Positions 13,851-27,089 of a stretch of 64,000 nt of DNA are shown piece after piece. How positions within the stretch are numbered: the first letter of the stretch is position 1; every line of letters begins with the position of its first letter. The notes below the pieces were generated by a model that saw nothing but the letters and a program-made list of their open reading frames with translations, made no database searches and was not told the origin of the DNA. This DNA comes from Callorhinchus milii (Eukaryota): assembly GCF_018977255.1 (NCBI RefSeq), contig NW_024704742.1, forward strand, positions 17,858,001 through 17,922,000. Reading direction: 5' to 3'. The position numbers and the translations under genes were made by a program.

Positions 13851-16800
13851 AACAGAAACATTTCAAGCGCTTTGGTATGTCCTCCTGAGTTGAAAGCTGC
13901 TATGTAAATGTAACTTTGTATTCTGGTAGGTTGCAAGCTGGCAAAGCTGTTTAGGAGACTCTAACAGTCTTACATCTTTCAGACTGTAGTATAACATTGT
14001 GGACTTACATAACACCTTTCATACAGAATGAATGTCTTGAGATGCTTAACATGACAAGAAGCACCAAGCAGGAAAGAGGGTATGTTATGTTCCAACCACT
14101 AATGTTACTAGAGGGCTCTTCAAGCTGCAGGTGGATTATCTGCTCTCTTTACAGCTAAGGGGAATCCAATGGTACGTCTGCCCCATTACAACAATTGTCA
14201 TGCAAAAACACTCGCCCTTTTTGACACAACCACCAGCGTGGATGCATATACCATGTGTGATATTGAGGAAACACAAAGCCAGACATGAGGCACCGATGAG
14301 AAAGGAGCATCTATGATGGAAGGTGGTGAAAAACTACCCGGATCAGTGTAGGGAAACATTAGATAGGAATCGCCTTTCAAAAGTGTGATGACCATATTTA
14401 GGAATCACTTGCCTTCTTACATCCAACATTATCTGGTAGCTTGGTACTATGGAGAAATACAATATTAAGATATGCTATTTTATCTCATCTTGTATGGGAA
14501 TGATGTCATGGAGCACTTCAGTGACTATTGCACTCAAGCTCTCTGCCAGAAGTACAGTCTACTCAATGACTCAATACTTTCAATGCTCATCTCCAACCCA
14601 CAATTCATCTTTATCGTCTTCACTAAGCCACTTAGTATCCTCACTGATCTCCAATTAAATGCCTTATCATGCACAAAAGCACTAGCCCTTTTTGACACAA
14701 AAAGTGTGTAGAATGCTGTACAAGCTTCTCCTTAATAGTTAAGAATGACTATTTTCCCCGCTATCAGTGACTATGGTTGGACGATTCATCGTTTGGCATA
14801 TTATTTGGCATTTTTCACTATTTACTCGTAGTCTACATTTATTAAAAAAAGAACAGGGAACAGAGAGGAATGTGAGTCTCCATGACTGGTCCCAAAAATC
14901 CTCAGTGGTCCTGCATATCCATTACGAGGTCACATCATCTGTATATTGAAAGGGACTTTTCTGGTGCATTCTCAGATGATAAGTTGCGTTTCAGTCTTGC
15001 TGTTCTTGCCTTCAAAGTTATGTGGAAATTCTTCTGTATTGTTTTGGCTTAATTTCCTGAGTGTTCCTTCAGTTTGAAGCAGTCTTAACAAAGATGATAG
15101 GTTAAAATAATTTGTTTAAAATCTCCCACAATACATTAGCATTCCTAAGATTGCTAAATCTAATTACTCAGGAACGCTCAGGCCTAGTGGGATATTGTTA
15201 CATGCTGATCTGAACCTGATAGTTCAATGAAACTCAGTCAAAAGCTGAAGACAATTCCAGGTTGTAAAGTAAATTAGTTTGGAACAATTTTCACGTGGCA
15301 GCAATGACGTATTTGGTATGGAATTGTAAATGATCCTATCTGTATCTTTTCTTGAAAACTGAATGGCGATCTTTAACTCTGAGACTTTCCTTTGTTCTTA
15401 CCAGCCACTAAATCCAATGCAGCTTACCAGTCTTAAGTGCAGTAAGAAACACTCTTCCAACACATAAACACAACATTGCAAATACAGTGGTACAATAGTC
15501 ATGTTTAGACAAACCTATGATGTGGGAGAGAAACAATTCTGAATCGACACATGGAGGAGACATTGAGGTTTGTTACATGCCAATTGAAAATGCTTCAATA
15601 TGTTTTTATAGTGGGAAATCCCATTAGAAAAACACAAAACAAAGACCAGTGTAACTTGTGTACGAAAAAAGGGAATACATCTGCAAGAAATCAACATGCT
15701 TTCTTCTGACTGAATTTCATTTCATTTTCTTCAAGACCAAGGAAAAGTCCCAAGGTCCAAATGGAAAGAGTTGCCACAGTTGCAAATGTTCAGCAAGAGG
15801 CAATGTTCTGCTCAAACAGAAGTCTAAAATGGTACATTTTTTTTGAAAATTAACCTCAAACCTTCTTATTGGTCTCCATTTTGTTGCCAACAAGAGTAAG
15901 ATGAATTGGAATTGAAATGAAAGTGGAAAGATCACAACCACTTGACTTCCTGCTTTTAAATTCTAAAATAAGAAAACGTAGACCTTTAGGGGTTTAGTGC
16001 CAATATCAATAAGAAAACCAACAAACCTTTAAGCTTATCTATTGAGAAAAGCTGTCATGAGTTTGCCTGTTTCTTTAATGATTCAGTACTGCCAAGTTCA
16101 GTTTACGGCTGCTGTTTTTATGCTTTTTTAAAAAAAAACTTTGAAGAACATTGCAGGAGCTTAATCTCTTCACAGTCTTGGATCACATCCAGCCTGCAGA
16201 GAAACCTTTTGGAAAGAAATGAAAGCAAATTCTGTTCAAGAACAAAGCAGGGTCACTTACTTTACAATTCCTCTAAATAACTCAGCCGCCCCTTCTAAAA
16301 CAAACAACTTTCTTTAAAAACTTAAAAGAAAAAGGCTGTGGAGTTCTACATTCCTCAATGTATAGTCAGTCACATACATGTTGATACCTGTTGTGACTTC
16401 CAGATGTTAAAACTAAAATAATATACAGTGCTGATTGTACTCTGACAGGTTCTATGTTAGAACTTGAGTTGGTCAGACAGGTGTTGAAACAAAAGCTACA
16501 GTACTACTCAATTTGAGTACTCTAATTGCTTTCAAAATAAAATAGTCTTCGTAAAGGAGCCAAATATTCCACACCTCTAAGGCCTAAGATTCAGTCTGAG
16601 GAAAGTCCAAACCAGCAACAAAAAAANCTACTTTAGAGATTGAAGTTTATAGTCCAGGATGGTAGTCCAGTGTAGTAATGGGGGAGCGCTGCACTTGGTA
16701 GAAGTGCTATCTTTTGGGAGAAGTTTAATGCAAGGACCTCTCTACCTGTTTTGACAATATAGGTGGACATCAAAAACTCCACAGAACAATTTCAACAAGC

Positions 16801-19800
16801 AGTGTAATGATTCAAAATACAGTCAGTTCACTTTACAGTATATTCTGTGAAGCGCTTTGAGGCTCTTTATCAAATGCAAGGATTATTATTATCATTCTCA
16901 ATCCACAACACTAGTGTGTATTAAGTAATTCCTTTATTCTCTGCTCCCAACCATAAACCTTGGTTCCTTTCCCATGATCTTTCATATTTCCTTGGCATAT
17001 TTCATTGGCTCTTTCTTAATTCCCTCTTACCTCTTAAAACGATATCCTACAAGCAATGCCTTCTCCGTGTATTTTATTCAAATTCATCCCTCATTCAAAT
17101 TTACAAAATTCATAGAATTGGTCATTCAATTCATTGCTATTTGTAGATTTTTGCTGGAGCAGATTATCTGACAATGATTGCCTGTACTTAAGTCACTGTA
17201 GTTCAAAGTAACTTTGTGAGAATATTTCAACATGATGAAGGTGCACTACTGAATGCAAGCATTTATTTATTATCGTATGGTATATAGCCTTACTTTCAAT
17301 TCTTGCCATCAGGTGGCACTGGAATTAACACCTAGAAATAATTTATTGAGGTTGATATATTGCCTCATCAATCAAGGTGGTCAGGAATTGTGACCTTCTG
17401 CTCAAATTATCCACAGATGCCATGCAGTGGCTCAAATCAGGTACTACAACATGTTACAATACCAGTGTGATAAGGAAGCAGGACACAGGGAGAAACTCCT
17501 TGCTCGTTTGGAATAGTGGCATGGATCTTTAACGTTCACCTGAACAGGCAGACTCAGTTTAATTTCTCATCTGAAGGGCTGCATCTCTGACAATGCAAAG
17601 CACCCCAGGACTACAGCCCAGATTATATGAATTCAAAGTCCTGATGGGGAGCTTGAACCCAACCACCTTCTGACTCAAAAGGCAAGACTGCTACCAACTG
17701 ATCCAGGCTGACACTCTTGGTGGCTGAAAAGGTAGTACTTGGTGTAGCACTTTGTTGTTCAGACTCAGAAGGTTTTAAATATGACCATTTCTCTGTGCTG
17801 AGTTGCTTATCTCAGTCAGGGGCAGTAATCAGGGTTGGACAAATGGCTTCAGAGACCCTGGTAAACAATTTAGAAAAAAAATTGGTCATAATTCCAGCTC
17901 TTACTGAATATCCAATGGCCCTTGCTATAAAGTGTGTGCATGTGTGTGGGGGGTTGGGGAGATATCAGGTGAGATCAAGATTGGGCCTTTCTGCAATGGT
18001 GTACACAACAGATTGACCTGCCACTCCTCACCATCTGGACTTACACAATGAAGATTGGCCGCTTAGGTGAGGTAGCAGGGGACTGCTGACACTTCTCAAA
18101 CATTTGGAACATAACACAATCCATGCAGTATACTTTTCACCTACAAAAATTCACTACACTTTACAGTAATTCCCGTGAATCACTTTGAGACATTCTCCTG
18201 AAGTGTAAGGTACTATATCAAATGCAGGGATTTTTATTATTTTACTTTCTATAGCACCGAGCCAGCTTTGGATATGGTGGCTTGGCACCGCTTTTGATCT
18301 CCCAATGGATATTTTAACATAAAAGTTACTTTTTTCCACCTACATAAATATTTATTGATATGGAGTCAAAATCCTTTCATTTTCAAGCAAAGCAGTTTCC
18401 ATGCAAAATCATAATAATCCTTGCATTTGTATAGTGCCTTATATGTCTTTGAGACATCTCAATGCGCTTCACAGAATATACTGTAAAGTGGATTGACTGT
18501 AAATTTTGTGGATGAAAAAANTTATAAAATACTTTGTGAAATTTTTTCTTGTGTGTGATGTGCAAATATTTAACATTGTATTCATGCTTCCTATTTTGTT
18601 TATTTACATTGTGTCTGTTCATAATGTGCAATTTATAAATTTATTGTCAAATTGCCAGTGCATTCTGTTCCAGAAATCAGGGTGGTCCAGGCAAGTCAAC
18701 ATTAGAAAGTGGATGACATTGCTCTTTGTCTTCCTTTCTGGTTACATTTGTAATTAACTCAATAATAATAATTATTATTACTGCTTTAGATATAGCATCT
18801 GCCCACATTGAAATGTGTCAAGAGTTTTCTGTAAATTGTAATGAATGCATATTTGTAGGCAAATTCAGCAGCCAATTTGCAGACAGCAATATTCCACAAC
18901 CAGACAGGAGGTGAATGATTAATGTAACTGGAATATTGTTGGCTCGGTACACTGTGAGAAACTCCCTCCCCTTTTTCAATAGTGTCATGGGTTCTTTAAC
19001 ATCCACCTGAACAAGCAGAAAAGATTTTGATTTAATATCTCATGTAAAAGACAGCATCTTTTACAATGCAGCGTTCGCTCACTGTGCTGGAGTGTTAACC
19101 AGCCCTCGACCATGAGCTCCATATTCCTGACATGGGACTTGAAACCTTAACCTTTTGTCTTGGTCAGCCAAATGCTAACACATGCAGAAACTCATCAACA
19201 TGCTTAGGAGTATCCAAATCAGGAGCTCTACATATCAAGCTCTCCGGGATGCTACCCCATGTGAAGGATGCTATATAAATGCAAGTTGTTATTGCTGTAG
19301 TAGACGTCCTCAGTGTCTGGAATGTTCTCCCCACGCTATATAAATTTGTTGTTTTATGCCACTCACAGTTCAAAATCGTCCTATTTCTGGAATGGAAGCG
19401 CACCCTTTCCCCAGAGGGAAGCTCCCTGATTAATTGTGGAGACTATTAGGTGCAAGAGAGCCAAGGCTTGGGGAGTGTGTGTTGCGGTGCTGCTGGAGTT
19501 TAACCAGCTAAAACCACGTAGCTTGCTAGTCAGAGCACTGCCTGGCAAGCTTTACTGCTGCTTGTCCAGTTATCCTCCTGTGGGGAGGAGGAGCTAAACT
19601 GGCTGTAAGGTGACATGTTTGGAACGGAGAGTCAGGATCGAGCCAAACATTTGTGGCGGTCTTGGTAGTCCTGTTCCTGAGCCAGATGGGTCCACAGTAT
19701 TCCAGGGCACTGCTGATGGCAGCACAACCAGCCTGGCACATTGGCAGAAGCTAGAAGGGCAGACCAGTCACTGGGGGCAGGGAATCAGCTCCCGATAACT

Positions 19801-20469
19801 CTGCAAATCAAAGCCATAACCGCTGGACAAGCAGCGGGAAAGTTTGTCGAACAGCAATATCAATGGCAAACTATGTGGTTTGAGCTGGTTAGACTCCAGC
19901 AGTACCCCACCCCACACTCTGGGGTCCCCAAAGCTTGGCTTTTGCCAACCTGTGCCTAATACTGCCTCCAGCGAGAGAGTGTATAACCACAACTGCCACC
20001 TCAGTTGATCCATTACCACTGTACAAAGGAACGAAGTTACTCCTCTGCATTCAGAATAATTAAAAGATTTGACCTTTATTCTAAATTACTTCTGTAAATT
20101 CTATAGGTGATCTGGTAAACGTTTTACTGTCTATAATGTAAAATGTTACTTTACAATGGTTTGGATTTAAATGGGCTACAACCTTTTCCTCTTTGTGGAA
20201 TATGATCCAGCTGGGCAGCATGATTTTGTGTTGTTGCTCTCGGCTCATTTGCTGCTTCAGTGAGAAATGTATCCTCCAGCAAGCTGTCACTTTGTTACTT
20301 TCTGGATATTTATGCTTTTCTGTTTATTTGAAGACACTTCCAATATTTACGAGTACATGGCTCATCATTTTCATCAACATGAGTCCACACTTAGGTTTGA
20401 ACAATGGTGCTACATTTCAACTTTGAGATTTTGTACTTGTAAAGACGACAAATTGAATATTTTTGTTAC

Positions 20470-20960
20470 CCAGCATTAGCCTCAAGCGCTGCCAGGTCAG
20501 GTATAACATGTAAGATCCAGCCTTAAAATTCCCATATTCAGCACCATTAACAGGGTCTTGTTCAATCCCAGAAGAGAACCAATCACTCTACCACGGTAAG
20601 CTTTTCCTTTCTCCACACCAGCCATCTTTAGGGTTAGTTCACGAGCTAACCACAGTTCTTGGTAGTCTTAAATAACTATTTGCAAAGAAATGAATTGCAG
20701 AATAAGAGATTTTTTTTTAACTCTAAGACTAGACAGATGGACCTTTTCTGGTTTTGTACATTCCTATGTTCTTTTGCTCAGACGCCTTTAACTAATCTGT
20801 CAATTTGTGTTATGGATCGACCCCCACTGGACTGAGACCACCCAAATATTTAGGATTCTTACAGGAAGTGGCTTTCAAGCCATTAGTCTGACCTGGGATT
20901 TAACCCAACTCCCAAAGTCAAAGGTAGTATTTTATCCCACTGAGCTTTACTGTCCACCCA
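20470..20960 (-). mobile_element. LF-SINE-like ancient element, interrupted at ~20660-20780
   Basis: actggactgagaccacc (~20826-20842) and ctgacctggg..aaccca..aaagg..cccactgagc follow the order of the reverse-complemented LF-SINE consensus as I recall it. Confidence 0.5.
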
Positions 20961-23189
20961 CTCACTACATTGTGAGTTTTTACACAAAAATCACTTATTT
21001 ATACAGCACCATTTATATAATAGAATGGTTTAAAGCTTTCACAAGAGTGAAACAGTGGGCACTGAGCAAGAAATGGGAGGAATTTAAAGGCAACCAAAGG
21101 CATTGTTGAAGAAATAGACCTTCAGGGAAAAATAATTGAAAGCAGGAGAGAGAAGTAGCCAGGCAAAGTGATTTCAGAAGAGAATTCCTAAAGGCAGAGG
21201 CATAGCGGGTGGCTAAAGGCTCAGCCTCAAATAGGGGAGTGAAGGATGCAGTAAATTGAAGTAAGAAAAGTGTAGAATTTTGGCTGGGCTTGGTTGGCTA
21301 GGGGAAGCTATATTATATAATAATAGTCCTTGCATTTGATATAGCGCCTTATCACGTCTCTGATATGTCTCAAAGCGCTTCACAGAATCTACTGTAAAGT
21401 GAATTGAGCCAATTATACACAGCAATGAAGTCTGAAGAGAGAATTAAATCAGACAGTTTCAAAAGTCATCATTATCATCCAATGAGAGAATCAAAACCAT
21501 CCAGTTATTTTCCTGTTGCATTTGGCCCACTGAGTCTTTAAATCCACAACATAGCAAGTTCAAAGGCTGGCCAGAGATCTCTTGGGTCTAGAATTAATTC
21601 TAAACATACACCATATGTGCGTACCACATAACATGACTCTTAGATCATGTGTCACGTTAAACCACTGAAAAATAGACTGTTGCTTTTCAGGCCAATTCAC
21701 TGACTCCAAACGTCAACAACGAATAAAGAACTCTGAACGTGCTGTGTTGCTTCGCTAACATTTAGATGAGCGGAGGTGTTGAGGATTCGACCTGCAGCCA
21801 CTAATTGTTTTTCATACCAGTTCTCAGTCAACCCAAAGGAAACCTGAGTGAATATTCTTTTTAAAATTGTACTGCATTCAGCTATTGCTTTGACTCTGTG
21901 ATTCCCCCCACACATACACCCCTCCCCGCAAGGCCCATCTCAGCTTAGGCTTGATCTTAATAACTATCTGGCTTGCCCATCTTCACTCTTTCCTGCAAGC
22001 TAGCAAAGACTGCTGCTGAAAGGAGACAGAATGAAAGTTCAATTGCAGGAAGCAGAAGTCAGTCATCTGTTTACCAATGACCTCATCGGTCTCAAAGCAT
22101 TCCCCCAGGTCCGATCAGCCATCTGCCTACTTTCAGAGTCAGCCGAGGAACAATCAATCCATCTCTTCTAAAGTGAAACTATTATTATGATTAAAATATA
22201 AAGGCTTTTTAAATGTCAAAAACATTTTGCCAAAAAAGAGAAATGCGGTTTTCTGAAATACAAATTATACAAATTGTTTTTTTCTCTCACAGGCGCTTCA
22301 AGTATATGAGAACCAGCGTGACTTTAACTGCTGCATTTTATCGATAAAAACTTCATTTTTTTTTAAAAACCTGAAATAGTAAAATAATAGATAATATTTC
22401 AAACCCTATATTGCCGATAATGATAAAAATCGAGGACCCCAAACTGTACATTATATTTAACTGTTTTGCAATTGTAGCATCAAATGAAAGTATAACACAT
22501 CACCATCACGTGCGACATCTGGTGCAGATTGTTACACTTCCAGCTTAATTTGAGCTTCAGGAGAAATAACAAGATTTACACCATATACAGCTCCTCTGTG
22601 AGATGTGACCTAGAGCCTCAAACATGTTCCTAGATCAGCTCACATGGAAGAAAATACAGTGTTGCTTTGACTCAGTGTATTTTCATTTAGTTCTGCAGTA
22701 AATACTCTTTTGAAAATACTCTTGCCAGGACTGTTTTTTTTAAAAAGCTGGTTTCCAATGTAAAACTCCTGCAAAAGATTCTGTATCAAGATCATAGATT
22801 TACTCCTTTAGCCCAACTCACCGGCCTCCTTCATGTCCCTTATCCTATCTATTCCACCATCATCAGACGGGCTTTCAGTCATTCTTCCCCCGCTCTCTGG
22901 AACTCCACTCTGGAGCCCCTCCAACTTATTTGTTCTCTCCTCTCTTCAAGGAATGTAGGAAAACCTGCCTCCTTGACTGTCATTTCGGTCATCTTTCCCC
23001 TCCACTACCCTCTCGGCTCCACCCCCAGCTCAGGTGGCCATCCAGCACTATAAATGTACTTTGGGACATCTTCCAAACTGGAAGGTACTATATCAATGTA
23101 AATTGTATTGCACTGTAGTTTCTCCTCCCAAATCTTAATAGTGAAAAAAACTGCCCCTCAACTCATACCGCTCCAACTTTAGGCCCAGA

Positions 23190-23715
23190 AATAATAATAA
23201 TAATCTTTGCATTTTATATAGCGCCTTATTATGTCTTTGAGACTTCTCAAAAGCGCTTCACAGAATATACTGTAAAGTGAATTGACTGTATACTTTGTGG
23301 GCGTAATAATCTGACAGAAGAAAGAACATGTGTTGATCCCTGCGCAAACCAGATTGACACCTAAAAAAAAAGAAAATGAGCCCCAATCATATATTAAAAA
23401 AAACAGACCCTGACCACACACATACCACAAACTGACCACATTCACAAAAGATTGAGACTTGAGGTCTGGTTTGGTGTATTCCAAACCAGACCTCAAGTCT
23501 CACATGCCAAACCAAAACCATGATGTCCATATCCCAATCTCCAACGTCACCACACAATTGTCCACAACAGTGTCCCACAAACAGTCGTGGATTGAGTGAC
23601 CAAATTATTATTATTATTATTTTTTCTTGAGGGATTATTATCAAGCATGTGGAGTAAGGAAACTTGCCCAAGGATTCACCCTGCCAGGAATTGAACCCAG
23701 GTCTCTCGCTTGCGA
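23190..23715 (-). mobile_element. Young SINE split by a ~240-bp insert (~23310-23550)
   Basis: Tail at 23190-23305, middle and head at 23550-23715. Confidence 0.75.
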
Positions 23716-24632
23716 TAATAATATTCATATCACATTTTTCTGTGGCAAACATCCTGCCCAATGAAGAACTCTGGTGGCTGGCTTATAGGGTAAGGGTGGA
23801 CAAGCGAGAGGGGTTGCAGCCATCACCAACATCATTAACCAACCCACCCACAAATGGCAATTCTGGAGCTTTTCAGGCCTGAAACAATTAAAAGCTTGGA
23901 AGGAGGACAGCCATGGTCCTATGGTAAATGTTTACATTTCAGAAACATTATTGTCAATCATTTTCCCAAAAGGCATATAGCAAGTGGTTGCCACCTATTT
24001 CATGTTCTTGAGTTTTATTGCTGCAATGGCTGATTTCAAACTTTACCATTTACTCACAAATATCAACAAACAATGCTCTTGCTCATGAATTCACTCCTAA
24101 TGGAAATGTCTGCCAGTTTTCTATTTTCGGTTCCTTACTTCTACCATTTGCCTCATTGGCAATTTAGCACCCAGGGGTCTTTTGATACACAAGATACAAA
24201 CCTACACAGATAATCCCCATTGTCATAAAAAATTAATCTTTGCACTTGATATGCCTTTTCAAGTAGTAAAAATATCTCAAAGTGCTTCACAGGTTATACT
24301 GGAAAGTGCAGTGACTGTCCATTTCTAGGTGAATGTGACAACCAATTTGTATAGCAATATTCCACAAACAGATATGTCTTGCATGCCCAATTTTATTTAA
24401 GAGGAATGTTGGCCAGGATACCAGAAAAAAAAACTCCCTTCTCCTTCCCAATAGTGCCACGAGATCTTCAATATCTCATTCAAAGGATGACACCTCCAAC
24501 AATGCAGTGCTGTCACAACACTGCACTGGTGTGTCAACCTAGATTGAGTTCAAAGACTGGACCTGGGGCTTGAACCCACAACCTCCTAACTCAGAAGAGA
24601 AAGAGTACGACCAACAAAGTCAAGCTGACATA

Positions 24633-24953
24633 TTATAATAATAATCCTTGCATTTGATTTGGCACTTTTCATGTCTTCTAGACATCTCAAAGCGCTTCAC
24701 AGAGTATACTGCAAAGTGAATTGACTGTATATTTGTGTGCGAATCACGGCAGCCAATTGAGCACAGCAGTGTCCAACAAACAGTCGTGACCAAATTATTA
24801 TTTTTTTTGATGGATTATTATGCCTGAAAAGTGATCCGCTAATCGACTGACAACTGGGTTCCTACTTAGTGCTAGGTAAACAGAGGCGGGTGGAGTAAGG
24901 AAACTTGCCCAACATTTCACCCTGCCGGGAATGGAACCCAGAGCTACAGGACT
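24633..24953 (-). mobile_element. Longer variant of the tRNA/L2-tail SINE with an extra ~65-bp central segment
   Basis: Same tail and ggcaagtttccttactcc block, plus extra sequence at ~24822-24890. Confidence 0.75.
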
Positions 24954-25889
24954 GAGGCAACATACTCAGGCAATAATTTTATACTAAAGTAATATAAAAA
25001 CAATTGAATTCCTCTCCCACCCCCAGTTGAACAACACGAGAACACACATCAAGGCTCACACATGAATAATGTCAAGTGCTCTGCGACGCTACCTGCGTGA
25101 GGGGCGCGATATAAATGCAAGTTGTTGTTGTTGAGATGATAAGATGTTAAAGGGAAATCTGCATCCCTTACCACATTAGTAGCAATACTCTTCAACCTCC
25201 ATAAAGCAGCAGTAATTGTTCTTTTCTGGATCCCATCAGGAATTCATTATTTGTTTCCCAATGTCACGATAAGCATTCGTGTCCTCCTATACCACAATAA
25301 CTTCCACATTTTGTATGTGGGGGAGAGTGAGTGAGAGACAGTGCGAGCACTCAAGAGTATGAGACAGAGTGAGTGGGAGAGTGAGTGAATAGAGCGAGTG
25401 CTAGCGTGGAAGATAGGAAAGTATAAAGACAACCATTGCTTATAATTTGTACTCACTGCAAATCGACCCCATTTTTCCAGATAGCAACAGATGCAATAGC
25501 TCACTACTGACCGACCATGAGTCAGTCCAGGAAATGTTAAGGATTAGGCAGAGTATGCTGCTCCATTACAAAAATAATTAACTTAAGTATTTCCAAATGT
25601 AAATTAAAAATATATTCTGTGTATTCAAAATACACTGTTCTTAACAGCTGCGAGACCCCGTGTAATTCATGATTACAGCTATCAAATCGATGACTTCACC
25701 TCAACCCTGTTTGGGGTACTTGCATTGACATAATCTGAAGTACAAACTGGATGGGTGATATTTGCAGTAGTCTTTAATTTAAAACCACAATTAATTATTG
25801 TTGCAATTGGAAATGTTTAGTGTGAACCTAGTACAGTAATTCTAGCTTCTGACGGAATCTAATAATAACCCTTATAGTGCCTTATCACG

Positions 25890-27089
25890 CAGTGTAATCC
25901 TCTTCAATATCTATATGCTCCCTCGTGGTGATATCATCCACAGACATGGGGTCAACTTCCATATGTATGCGGATGATACCCAACTCTACCTCTCTGCCTC
26001 CACCCTTAGCTCCAGGAATACTGCTGCCCTGACTGAATGTCTGTCTGGCATCAAGTCCTGGATGACAGCTAACTTTCATTTGAACGTCAACAAGACCGAG
26101 AGTCTCCTGATTGGCTCCCGTCAGCGCCTCCTCACCTCAGGCGCTGACAGCATCACCGTCCATGGTTGCACACTCCACCTTGCTAAGCCAGTCTAGAACC
26201 TTGGCTTCTTGTATGACCCTGAACTATCCTTTCTATCCCACATCTGCCCCATGATCTGCTCTGCCTTTCCCCACCTCCGCAACGTTGCCCGGCTCTGCCA
26301 CTGTCTCACACCGCAGGCCGCCAAAACCCTCCGACATACTTTCATTACATCGAGGCTCGACTATGCAAACTCATTGCCTGTCGGCCTCCCCAACTCCTCC
26401 CTCCACAGGCTGCAGATCATCCAGAACTCTGCAGCCCATGTCCTCTCCCGCACCAGGCTCCGTGACCCTATCATCCCCCATTCTTGGTCATTTTCAATCC
26501 ACGACTGTTTGTGGGACACTGCTGTGCGCATTGGCTGCCGCGTTTTGCCCACAAATACAGTCAATTCACTTTACAGCATATTCTGTGAAGTGTTTTGAGA
26601 TGTCTAGAAGATGTGAAAAGCGCTATATCAAATGAAACGATTATTATTATCTTTGCCCAACTTTACTGGCTTCCCATCACACAGAGGTTACACTTTAAGA
26701 TCCTGGTCCTCAACTTCAAAGCCCTCCGTGGTTTTGCTCCCCCCTACTTCTGCGACCTCTGAACCCTCTACCATCCTGCTCGCACCCTCCGCTCAGTGGG
26801 CTCCGGCTTGCTTTATGTCCCCCGCCTCACTCGCCCCACTTGCACCTGCCTTCTGGAACTCCATCCCTCAGTCCCTCTGCCTCGCCCCCTTCCTTGCCAC
26901 CTTCAAGACCCATCTCAAGATCCTCCTCTTCGACCATGCTTTCAATCACCCTGCTTCCCCCCCTGCCCTCCACCCCCCCCCCCAAACTCAACCCTCAGCT
27001 CGGGTCCGTAACTCTGTCTGTCCAGCATCTTGGGACATCATCCCGACGTGAAAGGAGCTTTACAAATGTAATTTTGTTGTTCTTGTTGT
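25890..27089 (+). mobile_element. 5'-truncated L2-clade LINE (RT C-terminal half, 3' UTR, (TTG)n tail)
   Basis: ORF 25915-26196 contains HGVNFHMYADDTQLY...IKSWMTANFHLNVNKTE and the next ORF has FITSRLDYANSL. Interrupted by stops/frameshifts and a SINE insert. Ends gggacatcatcccgacgtgaaagg...ttgttgttcttgttg. Confidence 0.93.
26483..26650 (+). mobile_element. 5'-truncated young SINE nested in L2
   Basis: ttggtcattttcaatccacgactg...ttattattat interrupts otherwise continuous L2 sequence. Confidence 0.88.

Noticed and set aside
25915..26598. Reverse transcriptase ORFs as an active gene or retron-like system
   Set aside because: 5'-truncated, stop- and frameshift-containing L2 copy with a SINE insertion. 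An ordinary dead LINE.
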